Shown here one piece after another: positions 1 through 10,608 of a stretch of DNA of 34,141 nt. The translations under genes and the position numbers were made by a program. The notes under the pieces are model-generated. The model made no database searches. It was given only the letters and a program-made list of their open reading frames with translations, and was not told the origin of the DNA. How positions within the stretch are numbered: position 1 is the first letter of the stretch; every line of letters starts with the position of its first letter. Origin of the DNA: Deltaproteobacteria bacterium (GTDB lineage Bacteria; Myxococcota_A; Polyangia; Polyangiales; Houyiibacteriaceae); contig JAXMNT010000069.1 in NCBI GenBank assembly GCA_034670305.1, forward strand, positions 1-34,141. Direction: 5' to 3'.

Positions 1-60
1 TCCGCTGGGCATCGCGCTCCGATTCGCGCCTCGCCGTCGCGAAACACACGGCGTCCACGA

Positions 61-124
61 CGCGGGCAAGGGCACGGGCAAGGGCAACGGCAAGGGAGCA
101 GGTCGCTTTTCAGCGACCTGCTAG
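61..124 (-). mobile_element. End of a CTAG-anchored repeat/MITE-like element extending off the left edge
   Basis: Minus strand reads CTAG-CAGGTCGCTGAAAAGCGACCTGC-T, then five CCCTTG/CCGTTG/CCCGTG hexamers, then CCCGCG. Hairpin AGCAGGTCGC/GCGACCTGCT at 97-122. Same architecture as 34017-34098. Confidence 0.6.
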
Positions 125-400
125 CGCGTCCAGGATCGGCCCCTGCTCATCCGGCGTATCTCGCATCCGGATGTGCCACTCGTGTTCGCCGTCCAGGCTG
201 ATGAAGAGCGACCGGCCGTCGTCGTGCGGGGCGAAGTTCGTGCCCAGGTACACCCACTCGTCTCCGACTTCGTGTCGTTCTCGATCGAAGTCGACGAACG
301 CGATGGCGACCCGGTACCGCCGCCCACACTCGAGGTGCCGAAACGGGGTGGCGTTGCGCTCGGACCAGAACCCAAGCGGCTTGCCTGCGTCGGTCGTCAT
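110..400 (-). CDS. Small hypothetical protein, DUF3601-like
   Basis: 96 aa with normal composition; motifs YRVAIAFVDFD...GDEWVYLG.NFAPHDDGRSL resemble DUF3601 as recalled. Its last codons and stop are supplied by the CTAG element. Confidence 0.65.
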   Translation of the reverse strand: MTTDAGKPLGFWSERNATPFRHLECGRRYRVAIAFVDFDRERHEVGDEWVYLGTNFAPHDDGRSLFISLDGEHEWHIRMRDTPDEQGPILDALAGR

Positions 401-491
401 CGGGAGGTAGCGTCGCCGATCGGCGCGGGCGAGCCAACCACGATGCTGCTTCGTCCGCGTGACTGCGGCGTTGGCGATCGGCGAATCGGAG

Positions 492-720
492 ACCGAACCG
501 GATGCCGAATCCGAATCCGAAGGAGAGGATGCGCGGCTCCCGTGCCCGTGCCCGTGCCCGTGCCCGTGCCCGCGTTTCCGAATCCGAATCCGAACTGAAG
601 CCGAAGCCGATCCCGAAGCCGATCCCGAAGCCGATCCCGAAGCCGATGCCGATCCCGAAGCCGAAGCCGAAGCCGAAGCCGACGCCGATGCCGATGCCGA
701 TGCCGATGCCGAGGCCGATG
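492..720. repeat. Composite hexamer-repeat tract: CCGAAT, (CCCGTG)5-CCCGCG, CCGAAG/CCGATC/CCGATG
   Basis: Period-6 repeats seen directly; (CCCGTG)x5 at 539-568. Confidence 0.95.
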
Positions 721-736
721 GCAGGCGCCGCGGTCT

Positions 737-1459
737 CTACAGTCCCCGCGGTTCGGCTTCGAGGCTGTCGGAGGCGTCCCAGCGGTAGCCGATGCGGAGC
801 GCGCCGGAGCGGACCCAGTGGTCGTCGAGTTCGCTGCGGACGGCCCAGAGGCGGCGCATGTCGACCGAGATGCCGACGAGCAACTTGCCGTAGTGCAGCT
901 CGGCGGTGCCGCCCATCACGAAGCCGAGGGTGGCGTGGTCGAGGTCTTCGGCGGCGGCTTCGCGCGCGACGATGTCCGCGTTCATCGGGCCTCGGCCGGT
1001 GCCGGCGTTCGCCCAGCCGCCCGTGACGCCGAGCGAGGCGGAGGCGTAGAAGCGCACGCCGTCTCGGTTGCTGATGCACGGCAACAGAGTGCGGGCGGTG
1101 TACGTGAGGTCGGCGAGGCCGAGGCGGAAGCCGTAGCCGTCGCGGCCGAACTGGCGGCCGGAGAAGTAGGTGCCGCGGACCATGAAGCCGTGGCGGAAGT
1201 AGTTGTTGGTGCCGAAGAGCAGACGGATGGCAGCGTCCGCGGCCGGGCCCGGTTCGCCGTCGTAGCCGTAGCCGGCGAGCGGGACGCCGGTGGTGTCGTG
1301 GCCCATCACGCCGATGCCGAGCGTCAATTCCAGCGCGGTCAGGCCACCCGACTCCGGGCTGCGCGGGTGGTAGCCCGCTTCGGCGGTGCTCGTGCTGAGC
1401 GAGAGGACGGCGGCGGCCGCGAGGAAGAGTCCGGATCGGTTCAAGCGTGTCATGGGCAT
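737..1459 (-). CDS. Secreted protein, probable outer-membrane beta-barrel
   Basis: Signal peptide (LFLAAAAVLSLSTSTAEA), alternating beta-strand pattern, C-terminal LRIGYRW. Confidence 0.7.
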   Translation of the reverse strand: MPMTRLNRSGLFLAAAAVLSLSTSTAEAGYHPRSPESGGLTALELTLGIGVMGHDTTGVPLAGYGYDGEPGPAADAAIRLLFGTNNYFRHGFMVRGTYFSGRQFGRDGYGFRLGLADLTYTARTLLPCISNRDGVRFYASASLGVTGGWANAGTGRGPMNADIVAREAAAEDLDHATLGFVMGGTAELHYGKLLVGISVDMRRLWAVRSELDDHWVRSGALRIGYRWDASDSLEAEPRGL

Positions 1460-1527
1460 CTAACGACGCCTGCATGCACGAATAGTTCTGGAGGGGTGTG
1501 CGAGAACTCGCGCTCTACGCCGCCCGA

Positions 1528-2163
1528 CTACTCGATGTGGTCGCGGATCGCGGTGTTGATCGCGTTGTGGGCGTTCTTGTAGTCGAACCAGCCACGCGAC
1601 ACGGCGCGGACCTGATCGGTGGCGGCGTCTTCGTCGTACGCGCCCTCCAGTCCGTTGACGTGTCCGACGAAATCACCGGCGGCGTTCTTGAGCTGCTCGG
1701 CGGCGGCGATGAGGTCGTTGGTCAACGCCACCATGTCTTCGGGTGGGATGAGGGCGCGCAGGCGCGTCTCGAGCTCGCTGACCTTCGGCATGCAGTCCCG
1801 CTGCAGGTACGCGCCGTACCGGGACCGCCCCGTCGTCGCGCGTTCGTTCAACTCGCGGGTCAGATCGCTGTTGGTTCCGATGTCTTCGCGGCCCTGGAAC
1901 ACGCAGTGCCAGAACCCATCGAAGTGTTCGCTCTTGATGCCATTCACGTTGCGGCCGAGCGTCTCGTACGCCTCGGTGTCGCCTTCGCTCAGCACGAACG
2001 CGAGGATGCCGCCCACGATGAGCAGCACGATGGCGCCGAGCATGGCGATGAGTCCGCCCTTGCCGCTGCGCATCGCGCGCTCCTCGTCTTCGAGAGAGGG
2101 GGAGGGGCCCGCCGGCCCGAGAGGCGGCGCACCGCCCAGCCGAAGATCGTCGTCGTCGCTCAT
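1528..2163 (-). CDS. Hypothetical single-pass membrane protein with helical periplasmic domain
   Basis: 211 aa, GC3-rich frame, one TM helix (GLIAMLGAIVLLIVGGILAFVL). Confidence 0.8.
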   Translation of the reverse strand: MSDDDDLRLGGAPPLGPAGPSPSLEDEERAMRSGKGGLIAMLGAIVLLIVGGILAFVLSEGDTEAYETLGRNVNGIKSEHFDGFWHCVFQGREDIGTNSDLTRELNERATTGRSRYGAYLQRDCMPKVSELETRLRALIPPEDMVALTNDLIAAAEQLKNAAGDFVGHVNGLEGAYDEDAATDQVRAVSRGWFDYKNAHNAINTAIRDHIE

Positions 2164-2220
2164 GGCCCGAACCTACACCCGCGTCCCAAAAGACGGAACC
2201 CACCCTGTGCGGAGGTGGGA

Positions 2221-2520
2221 AGCAGAAGCCGCGGAAGCCAGAAGCCCAAGCGGAAGCGGGGTCAGCTTCGGAGTCGGCTTCGGGGTCAGAGTCGGCTTCG
2301 GAGTCGGCTTCGGCGTCAGAGTCGGCTTCGGAGTCGGCTTCGGAGTCGGCTTCGGCTTCGGCTTCGGCTTCGGCTTCGGCTTCGGCTTCGGCTTCGGCTT
2401 CGGCTTCGGCGTCGGCTTCGGATTCGGCTTCGGATTCGGCTTCGGCTTCGGCTTCGGCGTCTGCTTCGGCTTCGGGGCCTGCTTCGGGGGGTCTGCTCCG
2501 GCTCGGGGGTCGGCTTCGAG
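2221..2520. repeat. Composite hexamer-repeat tract: GCGGAA block, GGGGTC junction, (GGCTTC/GGAGTC)n
   Basis: Seen directly. Confidence 0.95.
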
Positions 2521-2533
2521 CCGTCGCAGGAGC

Positions 2534-4546
2534 CTACTCGTTCAGATTGAGACGCAGTCCGCCGCCGCCACCGCCGCCGCCGAGCTGGAAGCCGCCGCCG
2601 GCGCCCGCACCGCCGCCGCCGAGCCCCAAGCCGCCGCCGCCGAGCTCGTCGTCGAGGAGCGAGGGTCCACCGCCAGCCGCTTCTCCGCCTGCGCCGAGTC
2701 CGCCGCCGCCGCCGAGCTGGAAGCCGCCGCCTTCGCTGCCGAGATCCCAATCGTCGTCGTCGCCGAGGTCGTCGGCGAAGAGATCGTCCTCGACCTCTTC
2801 GAGCGCGGTCGGTCCGAGCACCCGGAGCACGTGTTCCCGGATGACCTCGCGCTGGTCGGTCGAGACGAGTTCGATCACCCGGTGTGCCTGCCGCCGCATC
2901 TCTTCGAACCGGCCGGCGGCGCGGAAGATCTGCGCGGCCTGCAGACGCGTCTGCCAATGGTGCGGTCGGCGTTCGACGGCCTGGCGCGCGCGGTCGGCCG
3001 CGGTGTCGGAGTCGCCGACGCCGAGGAAGTACTGCGCCCACAAGAGCGGCAGGACCTGGAGGCGCGGCTCGAGTTCGTCGGCCTTCGCGAGTTCGGTGCG
3101 CGCTTGTTCGGTCTCGCCCTGCGCCATGTGGATCGCACCGAGCCACGCGTGCGCGGCGGCGTAGTCGGGGAACTGCTCGAGGGCGGCCGCGACTTCACGC
3201 GAGGCCTGGTCGATGTCTTGGGTGGCGAGGAAGACGCCAGCGACGTTGTTGCGACGCGGGCCATCGGGCCGGATCTGCGCCGCCGCCTGGAGTTCTTCGA
3301 TGCCCTGCGGGGTGCCGCCGTTGGTGATGAACACCACCGCCTGCACCGAGCGGATGTAGGGCGCGCGGCGGTCGAGGCGGAGCGCTTTGCGGACTTGCTC
3401 CATGGCGCGCACCGCGTCGTTCTCGTGGACCAGCTGGTGCAGGCCGCTCGTGTTCAACGCGGCAGCGACGGCCTGGACATCGGTGAGCACTCGGTAGGAT
3501 CCGGACTCGGGCTGGGTCGCGTGGCCGGCGTAGGGATCGAAGATCACAGGGTCGCCTTCGCCCACCGCGCCTTCGTACACCGCGACACCGAAGTAACCCA
3601 TGTGGCCGGAGGGATCGGGCGGCACGCGGTCGCCGGGGAACTCCCAGATCTCGGCGACCATCGCGTCGACGCCGGCTTCGCGCAGCGCCGAGACGGCCGC
3701 CGCCGCGAGTTCGATCGGGTAGATCTCGGCGTTCTCTTCTTCTTGGAGTCGCGCGGCGGCCCACTCGCCGTCGTGCACCGTCGACTCGCGCGGGGCTTCG
3801 AGCAGCCACTGGGTGAATGCGCCCGCCGCGGCGCGTGCGCGGATGTACGAGACCAGGGATTCGGTCTTCTCCATCGGCGTGCTGCCGGTCGCGTGTTCGC
3901 TGAGCCCTTCGATGTGTTCGGCTTCGCGGAGCAGGCCGGCGTGTTCCCCGTCGGCGTTGTGTTCGCGCAGATGCCCGCGCAGTTCCGAATAGCTCAGCGG
4001 CTCGAGCGCGGCGTCGCCTTCGACCGCGTCGGGGGTCTCGTTGGACCAGACGGCGTATCCGCCGCCAATGATTGCGATGGCGCCGACCACGAGCGCCGGC
4101 ATCAACCACGGGCGGTCCTTCGCGGTCTTCTCGGCGAGCACTTCGAGTCCGCCCTTGCGCATGCAGGAAGGACAACGGTCCGGGTCGTCCGCGCGGAACT
4201 GATGCGCGCAGTGCACGCAGAGCCATCGCTCGCCCGACGCCTCCGCGTCCCGTTTCTCCGAGCGCTTGGGCCGTCGCCGGGCGGCCTCGGAGCCCTCGTC
4301 CGAGGTCTCGGGGCGCTTCTTCGACTTCTTCTTGCCCTTCTTGCGGCTCGACGGCTTCGAGCGGCGTTTGGGTTGCCGGCGCGCGGCCTCGTCGTCGGAC
4401 GCATCCTCGTCGCCGTTGTCCTTCGGCGGGGTCGAGTCGGACGCCTTCGAGGACTCGTCCTCCACCTCGGATCCATCGGTGGATGGGTCGGATGCCTCCG
4501 AATCGAGTTCGGAGTTCTCCACGTCTTCGTCCGTTTTCTCGCTCAT
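2534..4546 (-). CDS. Membrane-anchored TPR protein with Zn-ribbon and transglutaminase-like domain
   Basis: CVHC...CPSC motif, TM helix, ALREAGVDA...GH...IFDPY segment, several TPR-like repeats, Gly-rich tail. Confidence 0.8.
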   Translation of the reverse strand: MSEKTDEDVENSELDSEASDPSTDGSEVEDESSKASDSTPPKDNGDEDASDDEAARRQPKRRSKPSSRKKGKKKSKKRPETSDEGSEAARRRPKRSEKRDAEASGERWLCVHCAHQFRADDPDRCPSCMRKGGLEVLAEKTAKDRPWLMPALVVGAIAIIGGGYAVWSNETPDAVEGDAALEPLSYSELRGHLREHNADGEHAGLLREAEHIEGLSEHATGSTPMEKTESLVSYIRARAAAGAFTQWLLEAPRESTVHDGEWAAARLQEEENAEIYPIELAAAAVSALREAGVDAMVAEIWEFPGDRVPPDPSGHMGYFGVAVYEGAVGEGDPVIFDPYAGHATQPESGSYRVLTDVQAVAAALNTSGLHQLVHENDAVRAMEQVRKALRLDRRAPYIRSVQAVVFITNGGTPQGIEELQAAAQIRPDGPRRNNVAGVFLATQDIDQASREVAAALEQFPDYAAAHAWLGAIHMAQGETEQARTELAKADELEPRLQVLPLLWAQYFLGVGDSDTAADRARQAVERRPHHWQTRLQAAQIFRAAGRFEEMRRQAHRVIELVSTDQREVIREHVLRVLGPTALEEVEDDLFADDLGDDDDWDLGSEGGGFQLGGGGGLGAGGEAAGGGPSLLDDELGGGGLGLGGGGAGAGGGFQLGGGGGGGGLRLNLNE

Positions 4547-4648
4547 TCCGCTTATCTACAGCACATCTCGACGAGTTGCGCGAGTCGACGCCCAGGCTTC
4601 AACCCGGTGGTCCCACAGGTCGGCAACACAGCGTCGGCGGTTTCATTC

Positions 4649-4927
4649 CTACTCGGGGGTGTTGCTGCACTCGGACCGCTCCGGGTCCATGCAGACGAAC
4701 GCGCAATCGGGGAGCGCATCCACGCAGACGGCCTGGGTGAACGTCCGTCCGGTCACGAGCCCATCGGGGTTGAACGAACATCGGATCTCGCCATCGCACA
4801 CGGCGCGCTCGGAAGGATCGGCGCATGCCGCGACCTCGCCTTCGCCGATTTCGCCACACGGATCGTGGGGGTCGCTGGCACACGCCGCCAAGGCCATCGA
4901 CATCAAGCACATCACCCAAATCCGCAT
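4649..4927 (-). CDS. Small Cys-rich lipoprotein
   Basis: ATG at 4927 preceded by AGGAG; lipobox LAAC; six further Cys in the mature part. Confidence 0.7.
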   Translation of the reverse strand: MRIWVMCLMSMALAACASDPHDPCGEIGEGEVAACADPSERAVCDGEIRCSFNPDGLVTGRTFTQAVCVDALPDCAFVCMDPERSECSNTPE

Positions 4928-4970
4928 CGTTTCTCCTGCCTTCCAAGGACACTTCATCGCGTGGCCTCTC

Positions 4971-6134
4971 TTACGCATCGGCGCCGGCGGCCACCGTCGA
5001 CCCGGCGTCTCGCTCCGGCTCCGCGGCGGCTGGTCCTTCGACCGCTTCCGGTCCTTCGACGGCTTCCGGTCCTTCGACCGCTTCCGGTCCTTCGACGGCT
5101 TCCGCGTCCGCTCGGACCGCGGCTGCGCCGTCGTCGTCTCCGCCGTCTTCGTGCGCTTCGTCCGGTTGCGGCGCCATGCCGACCCGCTCGCCGCCGCCTC
5201 GACGGTTGGCTTCGTCCTCCGGGCTCTCTTCGTCCACCAGTTCGAAGCCTTCGAGGATCGGGTGTTGTTCGGCGGTGATGATCCGCGTCGCGTGTTCGAG
5301 CGGCTCGACGCCGCGGCCGCGGAGCTTGGCGTACGCCGCGGTCACCTCGGCACCGAAGAAGAAGATCTGCGCCGTGTAGTAGACCCAGAGCAGGAGCACG
5401 ATCATCGAGCCGGCCGCGCCATACATCGAACCGGGGCTGACCCGCGCGACGTAGTGTCCGATCAGAAACGAAGCGCCGGTCGCCAGGAACGACGTCAACG
5501 TCGCGCCGACGAACACATCGCGCCAACCGATCCGCGCGTCCGGAAGCCACCGGTAGATCAGCGCGGTGAGTACGGAGAAGAGCGCGATGGACGCGCCGAC
5601 GTCGATGATCCGGTAGAGGATCGGCACGCCGCCGAAGTACGCCGCGGTCGCACTCAGGCCGGTCTTCACCAGCGCCGCCACGATGAGCGCGGCGCCGAGC
5701 ACACCGACCATGCCAAACGCGATGAGCCGACGCCGCAGCACCTTCCATCGGAGGCCGCGGAAGCCGGGCGGGATCCGCGAACGCACGCCCCAGGCGTGGT
5801 TGAGCGCGGCACGCAACATCCAAAACAGCCGGGTCGACGCGAACAGAAGGAACAGGATCGAGAACGTTCCCGTGATCCATCCCGCGCCCGTATCGCCCGC
5901 CCGGTCGACGACCTTGGCGAGGAACGCCGAGGCCTCATGCCCCACGAACGCCGAGAACTCGACCTGCATCTGCTCCCGAGCCACGTCCGCACCCACCACC
6001 GCGCCCGCCACCCACACCGCGATCACTCCGAACGGGGCGAGGGCGAGCAGCGCGTAGAACGCAACCGCACCCGAGAGAAGCGACCCCTCATGGACGCGAA
6101 AAGACCACCAGGCCTGCCTGAGCACCAACCACAC
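4971..6134 (-). CDS. YihY/virulence factor BrkB family membrane protein
   Basis: AVAFYALLALAP, ALNHAWG, IYRWLPDARIGWRDVFVGA, YGAAGSMIVLLLWVYY...FFGAE motifs. GTG start approximate; the ORF extension to 6611 is repeat DNA. Confidence 0.9.
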   Translation of the reverse strand: MWLVLRQAWWSFRVHEGSLLSGAVAFYALLALAPFGVIAVWVAGAVVGADVAREQMQVEFSAFVGHEASAFLAKVVDRAGDTGAGWITGTFSILFLLFASTRLFWMLRAALNHAWGVRSRIPPGFRGLRWKVLRRRLIAFGMVGVLGAALIVAALVKTGLSATAAYFGGVPILYRIIDVGASIALFSVLTALIYRWLPDARIGWRDVFVGATLTSFLATGASFLIGHYVARVSPGSMYGAAGSMIVLLLWVYYTAQIFFFGAEVTAAYAKLRGRGVEPLEHATRIITAEQHPILEGFELVDEESPEDEANRRGGGERVGMAPQPDEAHEDGGDDDGAAAVRADAEAVEGPEAVEGPEAVEGPEAVEGPAAAEPERDAGSTVAAGADA

Positions 6135-6213
6135 GACTGAGGTCGTAGCCTGACACCTCGCCCCGCGCCCGTGAAGAAGGTGGCGCGAACCGGCGCGCGC
6201 ATGGCCGGTCGCC

Positions 6214-6550
<337 letters not shown>

Positions 6551-6563
6551 TGGGGTCCGACGG

Positions 6564-6605
6564 AAAAGAGAAAGGCGGCGCCGCTTTCGCGGACACCGCC
6601 TTCTC
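6564..6605 (-). terminator. Probable intrinsic terminator of ahcY
   Basis: Stem GAGAAAGGCGG/CCGCCTTCTC with inner CCGC-TTTC-GCGG, followed by TTTT on the minus strand, about 20 bp after the ahcY stop. Confidence 0.6.
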
Positions 6606-6624
6606 CGTCAACCGTCGCGAAGAC

Positions 6625-7959
6625 TCAGTAGCGGTAGTGCTCGGGCTTGAACGGGCCCTTCGCGGGCACGCCGAGGTACTCGGACTGCTTCGGGGTCAGC
6701 GAGGTCAGCTTGGCGCCGAGCTTGCCGAGGTGAAGGGCGGCGACCTTCTCGTCGAGCGCCTTCGGGAGCACGTAGACCTCACCCTTCTTGTAGGTGTCGT
6801 CGTTGCGGTGCTGCCAGAGTTCCAGCTGGGCGAGCACCTGGTTGGTGAAGCTCGAGCTCATCACGAAGCTCGGGTGGCCGGTGCCACACGCGAGGTTCAC
6901 GAGGCGACCGCGCGCGAGCACGATGATCTTCTTGCCGTCCGGGAAGATGAAGTGGTCGACCGGACCCTCGTCCTTGATGCGCTCTTCCTTCACGCCGTTC
7001 TTGGCGTCCGTGAGGTAGGCGATCTCGATCTCCGAGTCGAAGTGACCGATGTTGCAGAGGATCGCTTCGTCCTTCATCTGCTTCATGTGCGCGCCGGTGA
7101 TGACGTCGCAGCAGCCGGTCGCGGTCACGAAGATGTCGCCCTGGCTGGCGGCTTCGTCCATCGTCACGACCTGGAAACCTTCCATCGCGGCCTGAAGCGC
7201 GCAGATCGGATCCACTTCCGTCACCATGACGCGGGCGCCCGAACGGACGAGCGCCTGGGCGCAGCCCTTGCCGACATCGCCGTAGCCCGCGACGACGCAG
7301 ATCTTGCCCGCGAGCATGACGTCGGTGGCGCGCTTGATGCCGTCGACGAGGGACTCACGACAGCCGTAGAGGTTGTCGAACTTCGACTTCGTCACCGAGT
7401 CGTTCACGTTGATGGCCGGGCACTTGAGCTGTCCCTGCTTGGCCATCTCGTAGAGGCGGTGCACGCCGGTGGTGGTCTCTTCGGAGAGGCCGATGATCTT
7501 GTCGGCGCCTTCGAAGAGGTGCGGGTACTTCTCGTGCGCGATGATCGTCAGATCGCCGCCGTCGTCGAGGATGAGGTTCGGGGCCTTGCCGCCTTCGAAC
7601 GACGCGAGCTGCTGGTGGATGCACCAGTCGTACTCTTCTTCCGTCTCGCCCTTCCAGGCGAAGACCGGCACACCACTCTCGGCGATGGCGGCCGCGGCGT
7701 GGTCCTGCGTCGAGAAGATGTTGCAGCTGGTCCAGGTCACTTCGGCGCCGAGATCCGTGAGGGTCTCGATGAGCACCGCGGTCTGGATCGTCATGTGGAG
7801 GCAGCCGGCGATGCGTGCGCCTTCGAGGGGCTTTTTGCCTGCGTGCTCCACGCGGAGCGCCATGAGGCCGGGCATCTCTTTTTCGGCGATGTCGATCTCG
7901 CGGCGTCCGAACGCGGCGAGGGTGATGTCGGCAACTTTGTACTTCTTCTGATCGGTCAT
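6625..7959 (-). CDS. ahcY: Adenosylhomocysteinase (SAH hydrolase)
   Basis: [59 protein letters not shown]-terminal [15 protein letters not shown] before ATG 7959. Confidence 0.98.
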   Translation of the reverse strand: MTDQKKYKVADITLAAFGRREIDIAEKEMPGLMALRVEHAGKKPLEGARIAGCLHMTIQTAVLIETLTDLGAEVTWTSCNIFSTQDHAAAAIAESGVPVFAWKGETEEEYDWCIHQQLASFEGGKAPNLILDDGGDLTIIAHEKYPHLFEGADKIIGLSEETTTGVHRLYEMAKQGQLKCPAINVNDSVTKSKFDNLYGCRESLVDGIKRATDVMLAGKICVVAGYGDVGKGCAQALVRSGARVMVTEVDPICALQAAMEGFQVVTMDEAASQGDIFVTATGCCDVITGAHMKQMKDEAILCNIGHFDSEIEIAYLTDAKNGVKEERIKDEGPVDHFIFPDGKKIIVLARGRLVNLACGTGHPSFVMSSSFTNQVLAQLELWQHRNDDTYKKGEVYVLPKALDEKVAALHLGKLGAKLTSLTPKQSEYLGVPAKGPFKPEHYRY

Positions 7960-8033
7960 GTTGGCTCCTGTGCGAGTCGATCTCGCGGACGTTGGTGGGG
8001 TCTGGAAAAGGGTTGAGTTCAGAGAGAACGAAA

Positions 8034-9020
8034 TCAGTGGCGGCTCGTGTGGCGCGCACGCGCCGAGAGGACTTGCCAGTCGAGGTGGCCGTCGGGGCCA
8101 TCGCCGCACCGCGCGGCCGGAATGATGGACACCGCCGCGTCCTCGAGCCCCACGTCGCGTGCGAGCTGGAGAAGTTCGTCGGCGTCGAACCCGAGCCACG
8201 CGTCGGCCTGGTCGTCGCGAAGGCGTTCGTCTTCGTGTGCGGCGTAGTCGATCACCAGCAGCACACCGCCGGGCGCGAGCATGGGGACGAGGGCTTCGAG
8301 CGCCTGTTTCGGACGCGGCATGTGGTGGAGGACGCGCGCCGCGAAGACCGCGTCGGCGCCCCCGAGTTCGGCGACCCGTGCCAACACCGCGGCGTCTCCG
8401 AGTTCGCCGCGCACGAGCTCCACGTTCTCGAACCGGCGGGCGCGGCTGCGTTCGCGCGCAAGCTTCAGCTGGGCTTCGGCGCGATCGAACGCCACGACCT
8501 CGTCGAAGATCGGCGCGAGCACTTCGAGCAAGCTGCCGTCGCCGGTGCCGACGTCGACCGCGAGTCGGCGGCGCGAGACGAGCGGGGCGAGCGCGGTCAG
8601 GTAGGCGGAGAGTTCGCCCGGCCAGCGGGCGGTGGGTGCGCGGGCGGTCTCGAAGAACGCACGGGCGGGTTCGTCGCGTCGGCGCACCACATCCGCGACG
8701 CGGCCGAGGCTGCCGTCTTCGGTGCAGAGCGCGCGACCTGCGGCGAGCGCGTCCGCGACCACTGGGTCGTGTCCGGCTCGGGCGTCGAGCTTCAGGTACA
8801 CGCGGGTGCCTTCTTTGCGCACCGAGAGCAGCTCGGTGGCGCGGAGCGGCTTGAGGTGTCGGGAGACGTTGGGCTGGGAATCTCCGACCAGCTCCGCCAA
8901 CTCACCGATGGCGAGTTCTTCGACTGCAGTCAGGGCCAGGAGGCGCAGGCGCATCGGTTCGCCAAGGAGCCGATAAAGCTCCCACCGTCGTTCCGTTCGG
9001 GCCAGTCCGCTGACGTCCAC
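8034..9020 (-). CDS. ArsR HTH plus SAM-methyltransferase fusion regulator (SahR-like)
   Basis: [10 protein letters not shown]...[24 protein letters not shown] motif I; VLHH; directly upstream of ahcY. Confidence 0.9.
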   Translation of the reverse strand: MDVSGLARTERRWELYRLLGEPMRLRLLALTAVEELAIGELAELVGDSQPNVSRHLKPLRATELLSVRKEGTRVYLKLDARAGHDPVVADALAAGRALCTEDGSLGRVADVVRRRDEPARAFFETARAPTARWPGELSAYLTALAPLVSRRRLAVDVGTGDGSLLEVLAPIFDEVVAFDRAEAQLKLARERSRARRFENVELVRGELGDAAVLARVAELGGADAVFAARVLHHMPRPKQALEALVPMLAPGGVLLVIDYAAHEDERLRDDQADAWLGFDADELLQLARDVGLEDAAVSIIPAARCGDGPDGHLDWQVLSARARHTSRH

Positions 9021-9159
9021 AACTCATCTATATTCCAACATACGAAACCATGCAAGCTTACCTCTGAGCTTGCTCTCACTCCTGCAATTGCGGGGTTTTC
9101 GGAATCTGTGATCCCTCGGGAACTGGCCAAGCGCCCCCGGAAGGCCCATGGTGGATCCC

Positions 9160-10539
9160 ATGGCCCTGAGCTTCCGGCTGTTCGGGATCCCCATCCGAAT
9201 CCACGTCTTCTTCCTCCTGACCACGGTGCTGCTCTGGCAGCTGTTCGGGGGGACGGAGCATGGCGTGGGTTCCTTGCCGATCGCAGCGCTCATCGTCTTT
9301 CAGGGCGTCCTGATGCACGAGCTCGGGCACGCGCTGGTCGGGCGCGCGTTTGGACTCAAGCCGCGCATCGATCTGATGGCGTTCTGGGGGCTCACCCACT
9401 GGGAACCCGGACCGGACGGCAAGACGGTCCAGTCCCTGAGCCCCGCTCGGTTGATGGTCATCAGCTTCGCCGGCCCGCTGGTCGGGCTCGTGGTCGGAGG
9501 CGGCGCCTTGGCGGCACTGCTCATCCTGCACCCCGAGGGGCTCTACGCCTGGACGCTCCTGGTGGTCGTGTACGTGAACCTCGTGTGGGCCGTGTACAAC
9601 CTGCTGCCGGTGCTGCCGCTGGACGGTGGTCACATCATGGCGGCGATCTTCCTGATGTTCTCGAAGGACCGCGGCATGGTGTGGGCGCGGTACATGTCGC
9701 TCGCCTTCATCGTGGCGTTGAGCGCGCTCGCGATCGCGTTCCAAGCGATCTTCCTGGCGATGATCCTCTTCTTCTTCGGGTTCATGAACTACCGCGCGCT
9801 GCAGGCGGAGCAGCGACTGCGTGCGTCCGGCATGCTGGACGTGCGGACCCCGGAGGACGCGCTGCGGGTCGCCTACGCGGCACTGGAACGCGGCGATGGC
9901 GAACTCGTCTCTCGGTGCGCGGTGGCACTGCTCCAACATGCGCCCGACGCGAGCGCGAAGGACGAGGCGCTCCATCTGCTCGCGTGGGGGCAGCTGCTCA
10001 TCGACCAACCCGGACAGGCCCAGGCCGCGCTCGACCGGATGTCGGGCGAACGCGATCCCGATCCGGCGCTCTCGGGCGCGGTGCTGCTGGCGCTCGGACG
10101 CTTCGCCGCGGCGCTCGATCCGCTCGAGCAGGTGCTGGCCGCCGGGCCGAGCGAGTTCGCTGAGAAGCGGTACATCCGTGCGGCGACCGAGTCGGGGAGC
10201 TTCGAGCGGGCGGCGGCATTCGTGCAAGCCAACCCGGCGGCACTCTCGGCCCGTTCGCTGGCCCGGCTCCAGGCAGCGGCGCTGCAAGCGGAGCTCGCCG
10301 ATGTGTCGATGCTGCTTGGCATTCAAGCGCTGCGAGACGAAGGCGTCGAACCGCTCGTCGCGTTCAACGTGGCCTGTGCGACAGCGCTCCTCGGCCGGCC
10401 GCAAGAGTCGCTCGACTGGCTGGTGCGCGCGCGCGAACTCGGGTTCGCAGACCTCACGCTGCTCGACGGCGAGGACGATCTGGAGCCGGTGCGTGCGCTC
10501 GACGGGTGGGCCGGGCTGCGCGCCTCATTCGGTCGCTGA
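9160..10539 (+). CDS. Site-2 protease (peptidase M50) with C-terminal TPR-like region
   Basis: FGIPIRIH, HELGH, AGP and NLLPVLPLDGG motifs; FNVAC...G...AL/SL-type helical repeats at the C-terminus. Confidence 0.92.
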   Translation: MALSFRLFGIPIRIHVFFLLTTVLLWQLFGGTEHGVGSLPIAALIVFQGVLMHELGHALVGRAFGLKPRIDLMAFWGLTHWEPGPDGKTVQSLSPARLMVISFAGPLVGLVVGGGALAALLILHPEGLYAWTLLVVVYVNLVWAVYNLLPVLPLDGGHIMAAIFLMFSKDRGMVWARYMSLAFIVALSALAIAFQAIFLAMILFFFGFMNYRALQAEQRLRASGMLDVRTPEDALRVAYAALERGDGELVSRCAVALLQHAPDASAKDEALHLLAWGQLLIDQPGQAQAALDRMSGERDPDPALSGAVLLALGRFAAALDPLEQVLAAGPSEFAEKRYIRAATESGSFERAAAFVQANPAALSARSLARLQAAALQAELADVSMLLGIQALRDEGVEPLVAFNVACATALLGRPQESLDWLVRARELGFADLTLLDGEDDLEPVRALDGWAGLRASFGR

Positions 10540-10608
10540 GTCGGCTGCGATTGCCGGGCGTTCCAACTTCGGGTTGAAGCGCTCATCGACGGGCCACAGG
10601 CTCGGCCG

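Noticed and set aside
1619-5278. 1219-aa + strand ORF and other long antisense ORFs (16549-19524, 19571-22516, 6550-8016 etc.)
   Set aside because: Shadow ORFs of real opposite-strand genes in high-GC DNA. Only the tail of 16549-19524 (from 19042) looks real.
7960-8033. SAH riboswitch upstream of ahcY
   Set aside because: Only a short GCGAG/CTCGC hairpin before the RBS; the GAGGAGCG...CAGGCTC consensus is not seen.
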